A stretch of 64,000 nucleotides of DNA from Macrostomum lignano (taxonomy: Eukaryota). Position 1 is the first letter of the stretch. The number at the start of each line of letters is the position of its first letter. This document shows, piece after piece, positions 1 through 12,169 of this stretch. The stretch is taken from positions 266,204 through 330,203 of the forward strand of contig NIVC01001151.1 of the NCBI GenBank assembly GCA_002269645.1, given 5' to 3'. The notes beneath the pieces were generated by a model that saw only the letters and a program-made list of their open reading frames with translations, ran no database searches and was not told the origin of the DNA. Made by a program: the position numbers and the translations under genes.

Positions 1-1802
1 TATAGTTGACAATCAATAGCATTGACTAAAGTGCAAAACAAACATGTTTTTATGAATAAAGAGACTTTAGCCTATATGGGTTCACATGAACTTGAAAAAG
101 TAATCCTTGCTATTTCACTTTAGATCAAGATTCAAAGCCTCTGTTTTAGAAGTACATGGTGGAAGCCTTTGTCCTTTCTCCAGACATGAATTGGAATGTA
201 GTAGTAAGCCTAAAAAGTTGTACATTTTAAGCAAAAGCAATTAGAACATTCAACATTGACTAGATTATGAAAAGAAAATAAAAGAAAATATTTATTACTA
301 TATTACTTGAAAGTCATTACTCTTTTATTGATTTTAATATGATTCTATACACACTTTTCTGTAATTTAATAGTAGAATAAATATTGTATTGTCAATATCT
401 ATTAACATAGAGGCCCCTGATAACAATATAATTATTATACTTACTAAATTATAAGTAATATTTGTAGGACCTATAAAAATATACATCATATTTTGAAAGT
501 TCTATATTTATTACACATACATTGTATGTAATAAAATAAAAACTTCAATAATTTATGGACTATGGACCTTACTTTAATCTTAGTCTTAGAATAGAAATAA
601 AAAACATTGAATTAATTTAGCACAAAAAGAAATATAAACTTCTAGTATAATTATAAAGTTTGCCTTTAAAATACAATATATATGGTATACTACCTAGGCT
701 AAAATATACAAAGGTAGAGCTATACATGGCATATGCCTTACAAACAGTAGCCCCTAGCCCTATGCAAAGGAAACTTTTGCTCAGGCCTAGGCCCTCCTAT
801 TGTTTAAGACATAGGCTAAGTAGTAAACTGAAAAGTGCTATCTACTACAATACAAATGTATTCAAAACAGGCACATAGGAAAGATCATTTTGAGAAAGAA
901 GTAGGCCCATCGCTACAGTCAATTTTGTTTGGCTTAGATAAAAAATAAGTTTTAATAGGCCTAAATGAATTTAGCAAAGAGTGCTTATTAAGAATGAAAA
1001 GAAAACTTCGATTCACTATTTTTTATTAATAAATAAAAACTGCCACAATAATATTATCGAAAGCTAGCATTAATTTTTGATCTTCTTTTATACTGCAAAG
1101 GTGTTTTTGTAATAAACAAATAATATTATTAGGCTTTGCAATATAATCTTCACGCCTTGGCAACAAAAGGTATGATATTTTCATTCAAACACATTGCGAG
1201 AAGAATCTACTGACCCATTTATTCGCTTATACAAATAAACAAAAATTTTCACATGTTTAATGCTTCTAAGGCAAGAAGTCTTTACACCTTTATTTAAAAT
1301 GCATTAAATACAAAATTTTTAAAGTTGATTTGACAATTCTATAAAGATTTTTGTACTTTTAAGGTGAGACTTTTTTAATTTAAACTTTTTTATCGCAATT
1401 CTTCTAAGTTAAAGAATTGTTTCAAAATCTCTCAAAAGTCTACATTCTGCCATGAAAAATAAATGTTTTTTACTTATTAAACAGGAAACAGCGTAAAAAA
1501 CATGTTTAAATGTCAAAACCAAACCACCATTTTCTTCAGCTCGTATTTTAGTTGCGGGAGTTGCGAGTTTATTACGTAAAAATTACGTGAAATTGTCAAG
1601 CGGGATAAGTAAAGAAACATTGCACCCAGTTTCACGGGTCTAATGGCAATATACTCCATCGCAACATTGTCGCCTCTCCATACTGCTCTAGAATACAAAT
1701 AGTTGGCGGTTCTGAAGACACTAAAATACTATGCAGCAGCAGCACATGTATTATACTTTCATTCTAACACGCTGCAGAAACTTGCAAAAAAATTGAAACG
1801 CA

Positions 1803-2023
1803 TCAGATACGCTTCAAAAACGATTCAGAAACGATTCTAGCAATCAGAAAAGCTTGTGCGACTCACTCACCCACTCCAGAAGAGTTTTAAAATCACAAGA
1901 ATCGTTTCTGAATCACTTGAAGCGCATTTGAATCACTTGAAGCGTATTTGAATCACTTGACGCGTATTTGAATCACTAAAACGATTCTAATACGATTCTT
2001 GTCACGGTAACGTTTTCATCGGG
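1803..2023. mobile_element. Possible DNA-transposon terminus with subterminal direct and inverted repeats
   Basis: Perfect 17-bp inverted repeat (1822-1838 / 1898-1914), three ~20-bp tandem units GAATCACTTGAAGCGTATTT, ending in TTTTCATCGGG. The partner end is not seen. Confidence 0.3.
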
Positions 2024-2307
2024 ATAGCCATTCTGGCCCAATATAAACACACCCCGATGCTTTTATTGGGAGAAAAAAGAGAGAGAGCTAATTGAGCAGA
2101 CTGTCGGATTTAATAAAGCCTTTGTTAAGTAGGCCGCATAAAAATTTGGGAATATGAGCAACTTTATAGAGTAATATAGTCGCATACAGACTGAGAACTA
2201 TGGGTGCTCAGTAGACTTATGGTCTCAGAATGGATTAAATATAATTCTGAGGCTTGGGTTCACCGAAATAAACCCTCGGAAAATTTGAAGATTACGAACG
2301 TGTTGTG

Positions 2308-3320
2308 TCCCATCTAAATATCCCATCTAAATATCCTATCTAAATATCCCATCTAAATATCCTATCTAAATAGCCCATCTAAATATCCCATCTAGATATC
2401 CCATCTAAATATCCCATCTAAATATCCCATCTAGATATCCCATCTAAATATCCCACCTAAATATCCCATCTAAATATCCCATCTAAATATCCCATCTAAA
2501 TATCCCGTCTAAATATCCCATCTAAATATTCCATCTAGATATCCCATTGATGTATCCCGTCTAAATATCCCATCCATATCCCATCAAAATATCCCATCTA
2601 AATATCCCATCTAAATATCCTATCTAAATATCCCATCTAAATATCCCACCTAAATATCCCATCTAAATATCCCACCTAAATATCCCATCTAGATATCCCA
2701 TCTAAATATCCCATCTAAATATCCCATCTAAATATCCCATCTAAATATCGTATCTAAGTATCCCACCTAAATATCCCATCTAAATATCCCATCTAAATAT
2801 CGTATCTAAATATCCCACCTAAATATCCCATTTAAATATCCCATCTAAATATCCCACCTAAATATCCCATCTAAATATCCCATCTAAATATCCCATCTAA
2901 ATATCGTATCTAAATATCCCACCTAAATATCCCATTTAAATATCCCATCTAAATATCCCACCTAAATATCCCATCTAAATATCCCATCTAAATATCCCAT
3001 CTAAATATCGTATCTAAATATCCCACCTAAATATCCCATTTAAATATCCCATCTAGATATCCCATCTAAATATCCCATCTAAATATCCCACCTAAATATC
3101 CCATCTAAATATCCCACCTAAATATCCCATCTAAATATCCCATTTAAATATCCCATCTAAATATCCCATCTAAATATCCCATCTAGATATCCCATCTAAA
3201 TATCCCATCTAAATATCCCATCTAAATATCCCATCTAAATATCCCATCTAAATATCCCATCTAGATATCCCATCTAGATATCCCATCTAAATATCGTATC
3301 TAAATATCCCAACTAAATAT
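2308..3320. repeat. 13-bp minisatellite (ATATCCCATCTAA)n
   Basis: About 78 units. A 104-bp higher-order period is marked by the CGTA variant at 2801, 2905 and 3009. Confidence 0.95.
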
Positions 3321-3959
3321 GCCATCCATATCTCATAGAAATATCCCATTCATATATCAACAGTCTCTCATTTCCCCAACAGATCCCATTATTAACTTCA
3401 TCTAGTTTATTCTTGGCAAAGCTCACGCCCAGCCTCTTCTAGAAGAAGAAACACAGCTGCCGATAGCCGAGCACAATCAACACAAGATACGATAGGATAC
3501 TCGTATAATGTGGATAAGTGATGATGATGATAATTCCTAAATCGTGATGTTTCCCTTTGGCTGGACATTGATGCTGATACGGAGAATGGCGGGCGGCTGT
3601 AAATATTTTCTGACATTGGCAGCTAAAAGCTTGAATTAATTTTGCAATTCCATATTTTCATTTCTTCTGACTGGGAGAGACAGGCAGCAGAAGCAGAAAG
3701 GCAGCCAAGTACAAGTGCACTATTTATTATTATTCCCTAGCAGTGAATAACAATGGAACTCATAACTTTGTTATACTGACAATTAATTATTGAATAAGTA
3801 GGTGAAATTCATAGACTTACTGGCTTTACGTGGCTTAGACTTGGGTGCATTGTTGACTCAGGTGACAGCCTAGGAGCCTTGCTCTAATTCTTTTTTTTCA
3901 GGTAAGGCCGTGTGCTTGGCAATCAGAAATTGGAGAACAACTGACAGATTGTAGGGCCC

Positions 3960-5049
3960 CAGCCCTGCACAGTGCAGTTGAGGGACTGTCCCAGCCCTGC
4001 ATAGTGAAGTTGACAGACTGTCCCAGCCCTGCATAGTGCAGTTGACAGACTGTCCCAGCCCTGCATAGTGCAGTTAAGGGACTGTCCCAGCCCTGCATAG
4101 TGCAGTTAAGGGACTGTCCCAGCCCTGCATAGTGCAGTTAAGGGACTGTCCCAGCCCTGCATAGTGCAGTTAAGGGACTGTCCCAGCTCTGCATAGTGCA
4201 GTTAAGGGACTGTCCCAGCCCTGCATAGTGCAGTTAAGGGACTGTCCCAGCCCTGCATAGTGCAGTTAAGGGACTGTCCCAGCCCTGCATAGTGCAGTTA
4301 AGGGACTGTCCCAGCCCTGCATAGTGCAGTTGACAGACTGTCCCAGCCCTGCATAGTGCAGTTAAGGGACTGTCCCAGCCCTGCACAGTGCAGTTAAGGG
4401 ACTGTCCCAGCCCTGCATAGTGCAGTTAAGGGACTGTCCCAGCCCTGCATAGTGCAGTTAAGGGACTGTCCCAGCCCTGCATAGTGCAGTTAAGGGACTG
4501 TCCCAGCCCTGCATAGTGCAGTTAAGGGACTGTCCCAGCTCTGCATAGTGCAGTTAAGGGACTGTCCCAGCCCTGCATAGTGCAGTTAAGGGACTGTCCC
4601 AGCCCTGCATAGTGCAGTTAAGGGACTGTCCCAGCCCTGCATAGTGCAGTTAAGGGACTGTCCCAGCCCTGCATAGTGCAGTTGACAGACTGTCCCAGCC
4701 CTGCATAGTGCAGTTAAGGGACTGTCCCAGCCCTGCATAGTGCAGTTGACAGACTGTCCCAGCCCTGCATAGTGCAGTTAAGGGACTGTCCCAGCCCTGC
4801 ATAGTGCAGTTAAGGGACTGTCCCAGCCCTGCACAGTGCAGTTAAGGGACTGTCCCAGCCCTGCATAGTGCAGTTAAGGGACTGTCCCAGCCCTGCACAG
4901 TGCAGTTGACAGACTGTCCCAGCCCTGCACAGTGCAGTTGACAGACTGTCCCAGCCATGCACAGTGCAGTTGACAGACTGTCCCAGCCCTGCACTGTGCA
5001 GTTGACAGACTGTCCCAGCCCTGCACAGTGCAGTTGACAGACTGTCCCA
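3960..5049. repeat. 32-bp minisatellite (CCCTGCATAGTGCAGTTAAGGGACTGTCCCAG)n
   Basis: About 34 head-to-tail units with no spacers; each unit holds two short inverted repeats. Confidence 0.95.
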
Positions 5050-5054
5050 GCTTT

Positions 5055-5277
5055 ACAAAGCGCGGCGCATCTGAAGGCTGCGTACGGCTGTTCAGTCCAA
5101 GGACTGGGGGGTCGCCACACACACCAATTACCCCAGCTAATGCTGGCACCCATTTTACAGTTGGGTGAGCTGGAGCAATGCAGAGTTATGTGTCTTGCTC
5201 AAGGACACAAAATGTTTCGGATGGGTCGAGATTCGAACCCCCGACCGTCCGACGCTCTAACCACTAGGACACAAGCC
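5055..5277 (-). mobile_element. tRNA-derived CORE-SINE, copy 1 (short deletion between A and B boxes, 3' end replaced by the minisatellite)
   Basis: Reverse complement shows A box TAGTGGTTAGAGC, B box GGTTCGAATC and a CORE-like block (CCTTGAGCAAGACAC...CTGTAAAATGGG). Highly similar to 9264-9556. Confidence 0.85.
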
Positions 5278-5809
5278 CTTCAGCCCTACAAAAAGCAGGT
5301 GAAGGAGGCATGCAGACGATTTTCATTTTGAGAAAAAACCGGACAATAATCTGCAGCGACTACCCATGCACCAGCTGTAGGTGCTGTCATTTCCTTCATA
5401 AATAATTCGCACAGGCCAGAGTACTTTTGATGCAGTCAGCAAAATTAATATTTCCCAACTGAGAACCGGTTTCGTACACTCGCTCCTACTTGAGACTCGA
5501 GAGCTGTAGCAATCAGTACCTCACTGAAACACACTCTATTTAATAGAAATTTGTCATATTTGATGAGATTTTTAGAGAAAAAATGTGTCGAGGGCCTCCC
5601 ACATTTTCTAGAGACTCCTCCCTACCTTCGGTTGAGAAATTTTCATTTTAGTTTATTAGAATTTCATCGACATAGAAGCAGCTGAAGGCAATGGTTATTT
5701 TGACTGATTATTTTTATATAAGTGATACCTTTTTGTAGTATGGGAGAGTGCGAATGTCATGGCGGAGGTATTGCTAATCACTGGAGTTGTTGGGGATATG
5801 AGTGTCTAT

Positions 5810-6150
5810 GGGGTAGTGAGGTGGGTGAGGGAGTGAGGTGGGTGAGGGAGTGAGGTGGGTGAGGGAGTGAGGTGGTTGAGGGAGTGAGGTGGGTGAGGGA
5901 GTGAGGTGGGTGAGGGAGTGAGGTGGGTGAGGGAGTGAGGTGGTTGAGGGAGTGAGGTGGGTGAGGGAGTGAGGTGGGTGAGGGAGTGAGGTGGGTGATG
6001 GAGTGAGGTGGGTGAGGTGGGTGAAAGAGTGAGGTGGGTGAAAGAGTGAGGTGGGTGAAAGAGAGGTGGGTGAAAAAGTGAGGTGGGTAAGGTGGGTGAG
6101 GCGGGTGAGGTGGGTGAGGTGGGTAAGGTGGGTGAGGTGGGTGAGGTGGG
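5810..6150. repeat. 17-bp G-rich minisatellite (GTGGGTGAGGGAGTGAG)n
   Basis: Direct inspection. Confidence 0.9.
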
Positions 6151-6488
6151 TGCAAGGATTACTAGACTTGATATAACGAAGTGTTCCTAGTGGTTCTTTG
6201 GGTGGGTGAAAGAGCGAGATGGGTGAGTTGGGTGAAAAAGTGAGGTAGGTGAGTTGTACAGTGTATTCCTGCTTCGCAAAATCATAACATCCAAAGCAGA
6301 AATGAGTAATTACGAGTACATGTAGAAATGACGGCTATGAACTTTTCAATACTCAGCCAAAATAATTTTTGTAGAAATTCTCTTTTTGCTTTCAAGAGAC
6401 TGGGATCTGAAATAGAAGGTGACAAGCGTGCGGCGAAATCATCGTTTGAGATTTTCTCTTACAAGATCGGCTCGTCTCTTCTACATCA

Positions 6489-6523
<35 letters not shown>

Positions 6524-7009
6524 GCTGCCTATCGGGTGAAGTGGAAATTCAACCGCCTCATCACCGGTTGCTCTTGAGACTGGGTGGGACCGGTTTTTTT
6601 CAAACACGATTCCGCATCCCAGTGCCCGCGTATGTTTATCAATATAAGTTCGCAAGATTAAGTTTGTCTCCCAACTCATATATTTTCTCTTTCGAGTAGC
6701 CGAACCAGCTGGGGTTGAACTGGGCTGGAGGCGAGAAGCGATTTACTTGGCAAAAAATATTTCCCGGCAGCCTTGATCTAGTCAATAAATCACGCTAGAT
6801 GATGGCGCAGAGAAGCTGAGCGGTTCGCCTACGCATAAGACCGCTGATACCACAAGTAGCTGGCATTAATGCGTAGGATTTGTCTAGACAGTTACTTGTG
6901 CACTGGTAGCTGCTCTGACAGCGGTATTTTATGGATTTATTGCAGCCCCGATCGGATGTGGCTGGGAACAGGGTGCGCTCGGAGAAGGTTCGCGGGGAGT
7001 GGGGTTAAA

Positions 7010-7640
7010 AAAGGTGGGTGAAAGAGTGAGGTTTATGCGGAGTGAGGTTGGCGGGGAGTGGGGTGGGTGCGGTGTGAGGTTGGCGGGGAGTGGGCTTGGT
7101 GCTGAGTGAGGTTAGCGGGGAGTGGGGATTGTGCTGAGTGAGGTTAGCGGGGAGTGGGGTGGGTGCGGTGTGAGGTTGGCGGGGAGTGGACTTGGTGCTG
7201 AGTGAGGTTGGGGGGAGTGGGCTTGGTGCTGAGTGAGGTTGGGGGGAGTGGGCTTGGTGCTGAGTGAGGTTAGCGGGGAGTGGGGTTTGTGCGGAGTGAG
7301 GTTGGTGGGGAGTGGGGTTGGTGCCGAGTGAGGTTAGCGGGGAGTGGGGTTTGTGCTGAGTGAGGTTAGCGGGGAGTGGGGTGGGTGCGGTGTGAGGTTG
7401 GCGGGGAGTGGGCTTGGTGCTGAGTGAGGTTGGGGGGGGAGTGGGGTTTGTGCGGAGTGAGGTTGGCGTGGAGTGGGGTGGATGCGAAGTGAGATTGGCG
7501 GGGATTAGGGTTTCTGCAGAGTGAGGTTGTCGGGGAGTAGGGTGGGTGCCGGTGAGCTTGGCAAGGAGTGGGGTAGGTGCCGAGTAGGGTGACGGGGAGT
7601 ATGGTGAGTTTTAAGTGAGATTGGCGGGGAAGTGGTTTAA
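7010..7640. repeat. Degenerate ~30-34-bp G-rich minisatellite (GTGAGGTT(A/G)GCGGGGAGTGGGG...)
   Basis: Direct inspection. Confidence 0.85.
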
Positions 7641-8139
7641 CGATCATAGCGAGCGCCTGGTGCCAATGAGTTTAGTTTGACTATGACAAATTTCACTAAC
7701 TTTCACTTATAGTATCGAGTGACTAATGGCTTTTATCCTTGGGATCGGACGAGAAAGTGGAGAAAATCCTGGGAGAGGGACTTTCTAGAAGTTAGAAAAA
7801 TGAGACGACAGCAATTAGACTCGTGTTAAGCATTGATTTTTATGTACTGGGGATATTACGCTCGTAGTTCAGTGAACGGGGAAAAGAGAGAAATATTCGA
7901 CAAGGAAGTCCATGCGAGTGCAGGATGAATTCAGCACAGGCCGCGTCATCTTACACAGCCCTTCCTCTACCAACTCCATCAAAGAAAGGAATCTGGGACA
8001 CGGAGGCAGATTTAGTGCAGACACGGCTAAGGGCGATCTAAGAAGATTTATGACCGCTGCACCAACCCCAATGGCTGCGAAAATGTCTGGGGCCTCCCGA
8101 TCCAATGCAGGCCCATTTCTGCCGCTGGCACCCTTCTCC

Positions 8140-9140
8140 CTCCCCCTCCTTGTGCTCTTTTTTCCTCTCCTCTACTTTCCTCTCCTCTCCTCTCCTCTCC
8201 TTTCCTCTCCTCTCCTCTCCTCTCCTCTCCTCTACTTTCCTCTCCTCTCCTCTCCTCTACTTTCCTCTCCTCTCCTCTCCTCTCCTTTCCTCTCCTCTCC
8301 TCTCCTCTCCTCCTCTCTCCTCTCCTCTCCTCTCCTCTCCTCTCCTCTCCTCTCCTTTCCTCTCCTCCTCTCTCCTCTCCTCTCCTCTCCTCTCCTCTCC
8401 TCTCCTCTCCTCTCCTCTCCTCTCCTCTCCTCTCCTCTCCTCTCCTCTCCTCTCCTCTCCTCTCCTCTCCTCTCCTCTCCTCTCCTCCTCTCTCCTCTCC
8501 TTTCTTCTCCTCTCCTCTCCTCTCCTCTCCTCTCCTCTCCTCTCCTCTCCTCTCCTCTCCTCTCCTCTCCTCTCCTCTCCTCTCCTCTCCTCTCCTCCTC
8601 TCTCCTCTCCTCTCCTCTCCTCTCCTCTCCTCTCCTCTCCTCTCCTCTCCTCTCCTCTCCTCTCCTCTCCTCTCCTCTCCTCTCCTCTCCTCTCCTCTCC
8701 TCTCTCCTCTCCTCTCCTCTCCTCTCCTCTCCTCTCCTCCTCTCTGCTCTGCTCTCCTCTCCTCTCCTCTCCTCTCCTCTCCTCTCCTCTCCTCTCCTCT
8801 CCTCTCCTCTCCTCTCCTCTCCTCTCCTCTCCTCTCTTCTCCTCTCCTCTCCTCTCCTCTCTTCTCCTCTCCTCTCCTCTCCTCTCCTCTCCTCTCCTCT
8901 CCTCTCCTCTCCTCTCCTCTCCTCTCCTCTCCTCTCCTCTCCTCTCCTCTCCTCTCCTCTCTCCTCTCCTCTCCTCTCCTCTCCTCTCCTCTCCTCTCCT
9001 CTCCTCTCCTCTCCTCTCCTCTCCTCTCTTCTCCTCTCCTCTCCTCTCCTCTCCTCTCATCTCCTCTCCTCTCCTCTCCTCTCCTCTCCTCTCCTCTCCT
9101 CTCCTCTCCTCTCCTCTCCTCTCCTCTCCTCTCCTCTCCA
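8140..9140. repeat. (CTCCT)n pentanucleotide microsatellite, ~1 kb
   Basis: Direct inspection; explains the SSPLL and ERRGE ORFs. Confidence 0.97.
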
Positions 9141-9263
9141 CAGAAAATTTAATCTTTTAGAATTTTTTGGTGGACTCTTTTAATCTTTCTGTCTCCGTAA
9201 TCTATCGTTAACCTCCTATACAGCGACTCTCAATCTCTATGCAAAGCTCAACAAAATTACAAA

Positions 9264-9556
9264 GGGGTTGCAGCCTAGTGGTCAGAGCGTCAGACTCACG
9301 ACTGAAAGGTCGGGGGTTCGAATCTCGACCTATTCGGAACAATTCGTGTCCCTGAGGAAGAGACACTTAACTCTGCATTGCTTCAGTTCACCCAGCTGTA
9401 AAATGGGTGCCAGCATTAGCTGGGGTAATTGAGGCTGTGTGTGGCGACCCCCCAGTCCTTGGACTGAACAGCCGTACGCAGCCTTCAGATGCGCCGCGCA
9501 ATAGCTGCGGCTGAGCTGTCGGTTGCACATCTGTCAATTAGGGCAGGTGTAATAAA
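9264..9556 (+). mobile_element. tRNA-derived CORE-SINE, copy 2 (apparently full length, ~290 bp)
   Basis: A box TAGTGGTCAGAGCG, B box GGTTCGAATC, CORE-like GTGTCCCTGAGGAAGAGACACTTAACTCTGCATTGCTTCAGTTCACCCAGCTGTAAAATGGG, then a 3' tail ending GGTGTAATAAAAA. Confidence 0.88.
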
Positions 9557-9994
9557 AAACAAAGCACTGAACAGGTGCGCACGAACGGCACAATACAGAA
9601 AGTACAACCAATGTGAAGATACGCTCGTAGATGCTAAAGTACAAATCATATCCCATAACTGGATAGTCAACAGTTGGGGTTTTTAAAGACGTCTATATGT
9701 CTATGTCAATATCAATATTAGTATTATAATTATATAATTATTGCACTTTCAATTATAGATTTCTGTTTACTTTTACACCTTCAATCATACCCAATATCTG
9801 CGGTGTTGGAATATTGGAAATGCTGGAACACACCCACATCCACAGCTGACCAAGTTCAAATATTGAATGTCGCCCAGCCGCGGTGTCAGGCTCGTCACGG
9901 GTTTAAAGTTCATTAGACATTGGCAAACCGTAGTAATTTGATTTTTCTAATGACAGACTGGGAATCTCCCGCACCGGCTGACTGATGGTTCTTT

Positions 9995-10300
9995 TCCCTC
10001 TCACCTCTCACTCTCACTCTCACTCTCACTCCCACTCTCCCTCTCACTCTCACTCTCACTCTCCCTCTCACTCTCAGTCTCACTCTAACTCTCCCTCTCA
10101 CTCTCACTCTCACTGTTACTCTCCCTCTCCCTCTCCCTCCCACCTCTCTCTAACTCTCCCTCTCGCTCTCCCTCTCAATCTCCCTCTCTCTCTCCCCCTC
10201 TCACTCTTTCTCTCACTGTCTTTCTCTCTCCTTCTCATTTCCCCTTCCCTCCCCTCCTTTTCTCCCCTGTTCTCTCTCCTCTTCTTCCCCCCCCCTCCTC
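9995..10300. repeat. CT-rich compound microsatellite ((CTCTCA)n/(CTCTCC)n)
   Basis: Direct inspection. Confidence 0.9.
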
Positions 10301-10725
10301 TGTAAATTTTATCTCTGAGGCCCTCCTACTACCATATAGCTCTGTGGCCTGCGCATTAATACAATTATTAGCATAGACGCCAGCTTAAGCAAAAATATTC
10401 CCAATCTTCGGGAGTCAACTCGCTCGAATACTTGATTTTGCGACATTGAATTAATTAACTCTAAGCCTCAATCTTCTCCTAAACTTCCAAAAAGTACACA
10501 TTGGCTAAACTGAACGACTTTGACTTGCAGATTTTGTAAATTTCTGAAAGAGCATAACCAACATGACCGGTACAGCTTTGAGTAACTTCTCTTACAGAGC
10601 TGAAGGTAAAGTATTGATAAGTACTGCTTCATCTATCAGCGTAATAATGTTCCTCCGTAACAAGTATTGTGACATTAGCTTAGAATTAAGAGTATTATTA
10701 TTCTAAGGAAAGGCGCCACGGTAAA

Positions 10726-11592
10726 AGGCGCTATGGAGAGACGCGCTATAAAGAGAGGCGCTATGGAGAGAGGCGCTATGGAGAGACGCGCTATAAAGAG
10801 AGGCGCTATGGAGAGAGGCGCTATGGAGAAAGGCGCTATGGAGAGACGCGCTATAAAGAGAGGCGCTATGGAGAGAGGCGCTATGAAGAGAGGCGCTATA
10901 GAGAGACGCGCTATAAAGAGAGGCGCTATGGAGAGACGCGCTATAAAGAGAGGCGCTATGGAGAGACGCGCTATAAAGAGAGGCGCTATGGAGAGAGGCG
11001 CTATGAAGAGAGGCGCTATGGAGAGAGGCGCTATAGAGAGAGGCGCTATGGAGAGAGGCGCTATGAAGAGAGGCGCTATGAAGAGAGGCGCTATGGAGAG
11101 AGGCGCTATGGAGAGACGCGCTATAAAGAGAGGCGCTATGGAGAGAGGCGCTATGGAGAGAGGCGCTATGGAGAGACGCGCTATAAAGAGAGGCGCTATG
11201 GAGAGAGGCGCTATGAAGAGAGGCGCTATAGAGAGACGCGCTATAAAGAGAGGCGCTATGGAGAGACGCGCTATAAAGAGAGGCGCTATGGAGAGACGCG
11301 CTATAAAGAGAGGCGCTATGGAGAGAGGCGCTATGAAGAGAGGCGCTATGGAGAGAGGCGCTATAGAGAGAGGCGCTATGGAGAGAGGCGCTATGAAGAG
11401 AGGCGCTATGAAGAGAGGCGCTATGGAGAGAGGCGCTATAGAGAGAGGCGCTATGGAGAGAGGTGCTGAGGAGAGAGGCGCTAAGGAGAGAGGCGCTATG
11501 GAGAGAGGCGCTGAGGAGAGGCGCTGAGGAGAGAGGCGCTATGGAGAGAGGCGCTGAGGAGAGGCGCTGAGGAGAGAGGCGCTATGGAGAGA
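10726..11592. repeat. 15-bp minisatellite (AGGCGCTATGGAGAG)n with a 330-bp internal block duplication
   Basis: About 58 units; the same variant order recurs from 10891 and 11221. Confidence 0.95.
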
Positions 11593-12169
11593 GGAATGTC
11601 TCTGGCGCTGGGACATGGTGCGAGGGCATCAGGACTGGCGTATCAACAAGAATTCGTTAGTTACTTTTTAAAATGATTTTTTTAATGTGTTTTTAACCAA
11701 TTAAACCAAGCCCAGGTAGAATTTCTGGTCGGTGTTAAAAGGAAGTTCAGACTAATTTCAAATTTCGGCCATTCACAAAGCAAAGAATAGAAAAAATTCC
11801 AGCAGCTGCAAGTTAAATTGACAGCTGAAAGCTACGAATTCTGTACGTTGGTTCGGCAGTTTCAATTGCGAGTTTTGCTGTTTTACTTTTCAATGCAGAT
11901 TTCTGGGGATTGCCTCTCCTTTCCTAGCCAAATGCAGAAAAAAACCTTCAAATACTGTAGGATAAAAACTGGCTTTGGCACACAGTTGTTTGGTCTACCA
12001 GCAGTGCCCTCTCCGAATTCTGTCGATTGCCCGTCCCGTTGCGCTCTCCTGTTTTCTCCCTTTTTTACCTCTCCCAGTCTCTTCTCCCCTCACTTCCTTC
12101 GTCTCTCTCCCTCTCTACAGTTACCTCTCCCCTCTCCTTGACTCCTTCTCTATCTGCCTCCACTCTCCC

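Noticed and set aside
660-3616. Short ORFs at 660-878, 1513-1698 and 3407-3616
   Set aside because: AT-rich, no motifs, no consistent splice partners.
3960-5049. CRISPR-like appearance of a 32-bp palindromic repeat (also the 65-bp array at 54465-55160)
   Set aside because: Units are head-to-tail with no unique spacers, there are no cas genes, and the context is eukaryotic.
9270-9335. tRNA gene
   Set aside because: A and B boxes are present but there is no acceptor-stem closure; the sequence continues into the SINE CORE.
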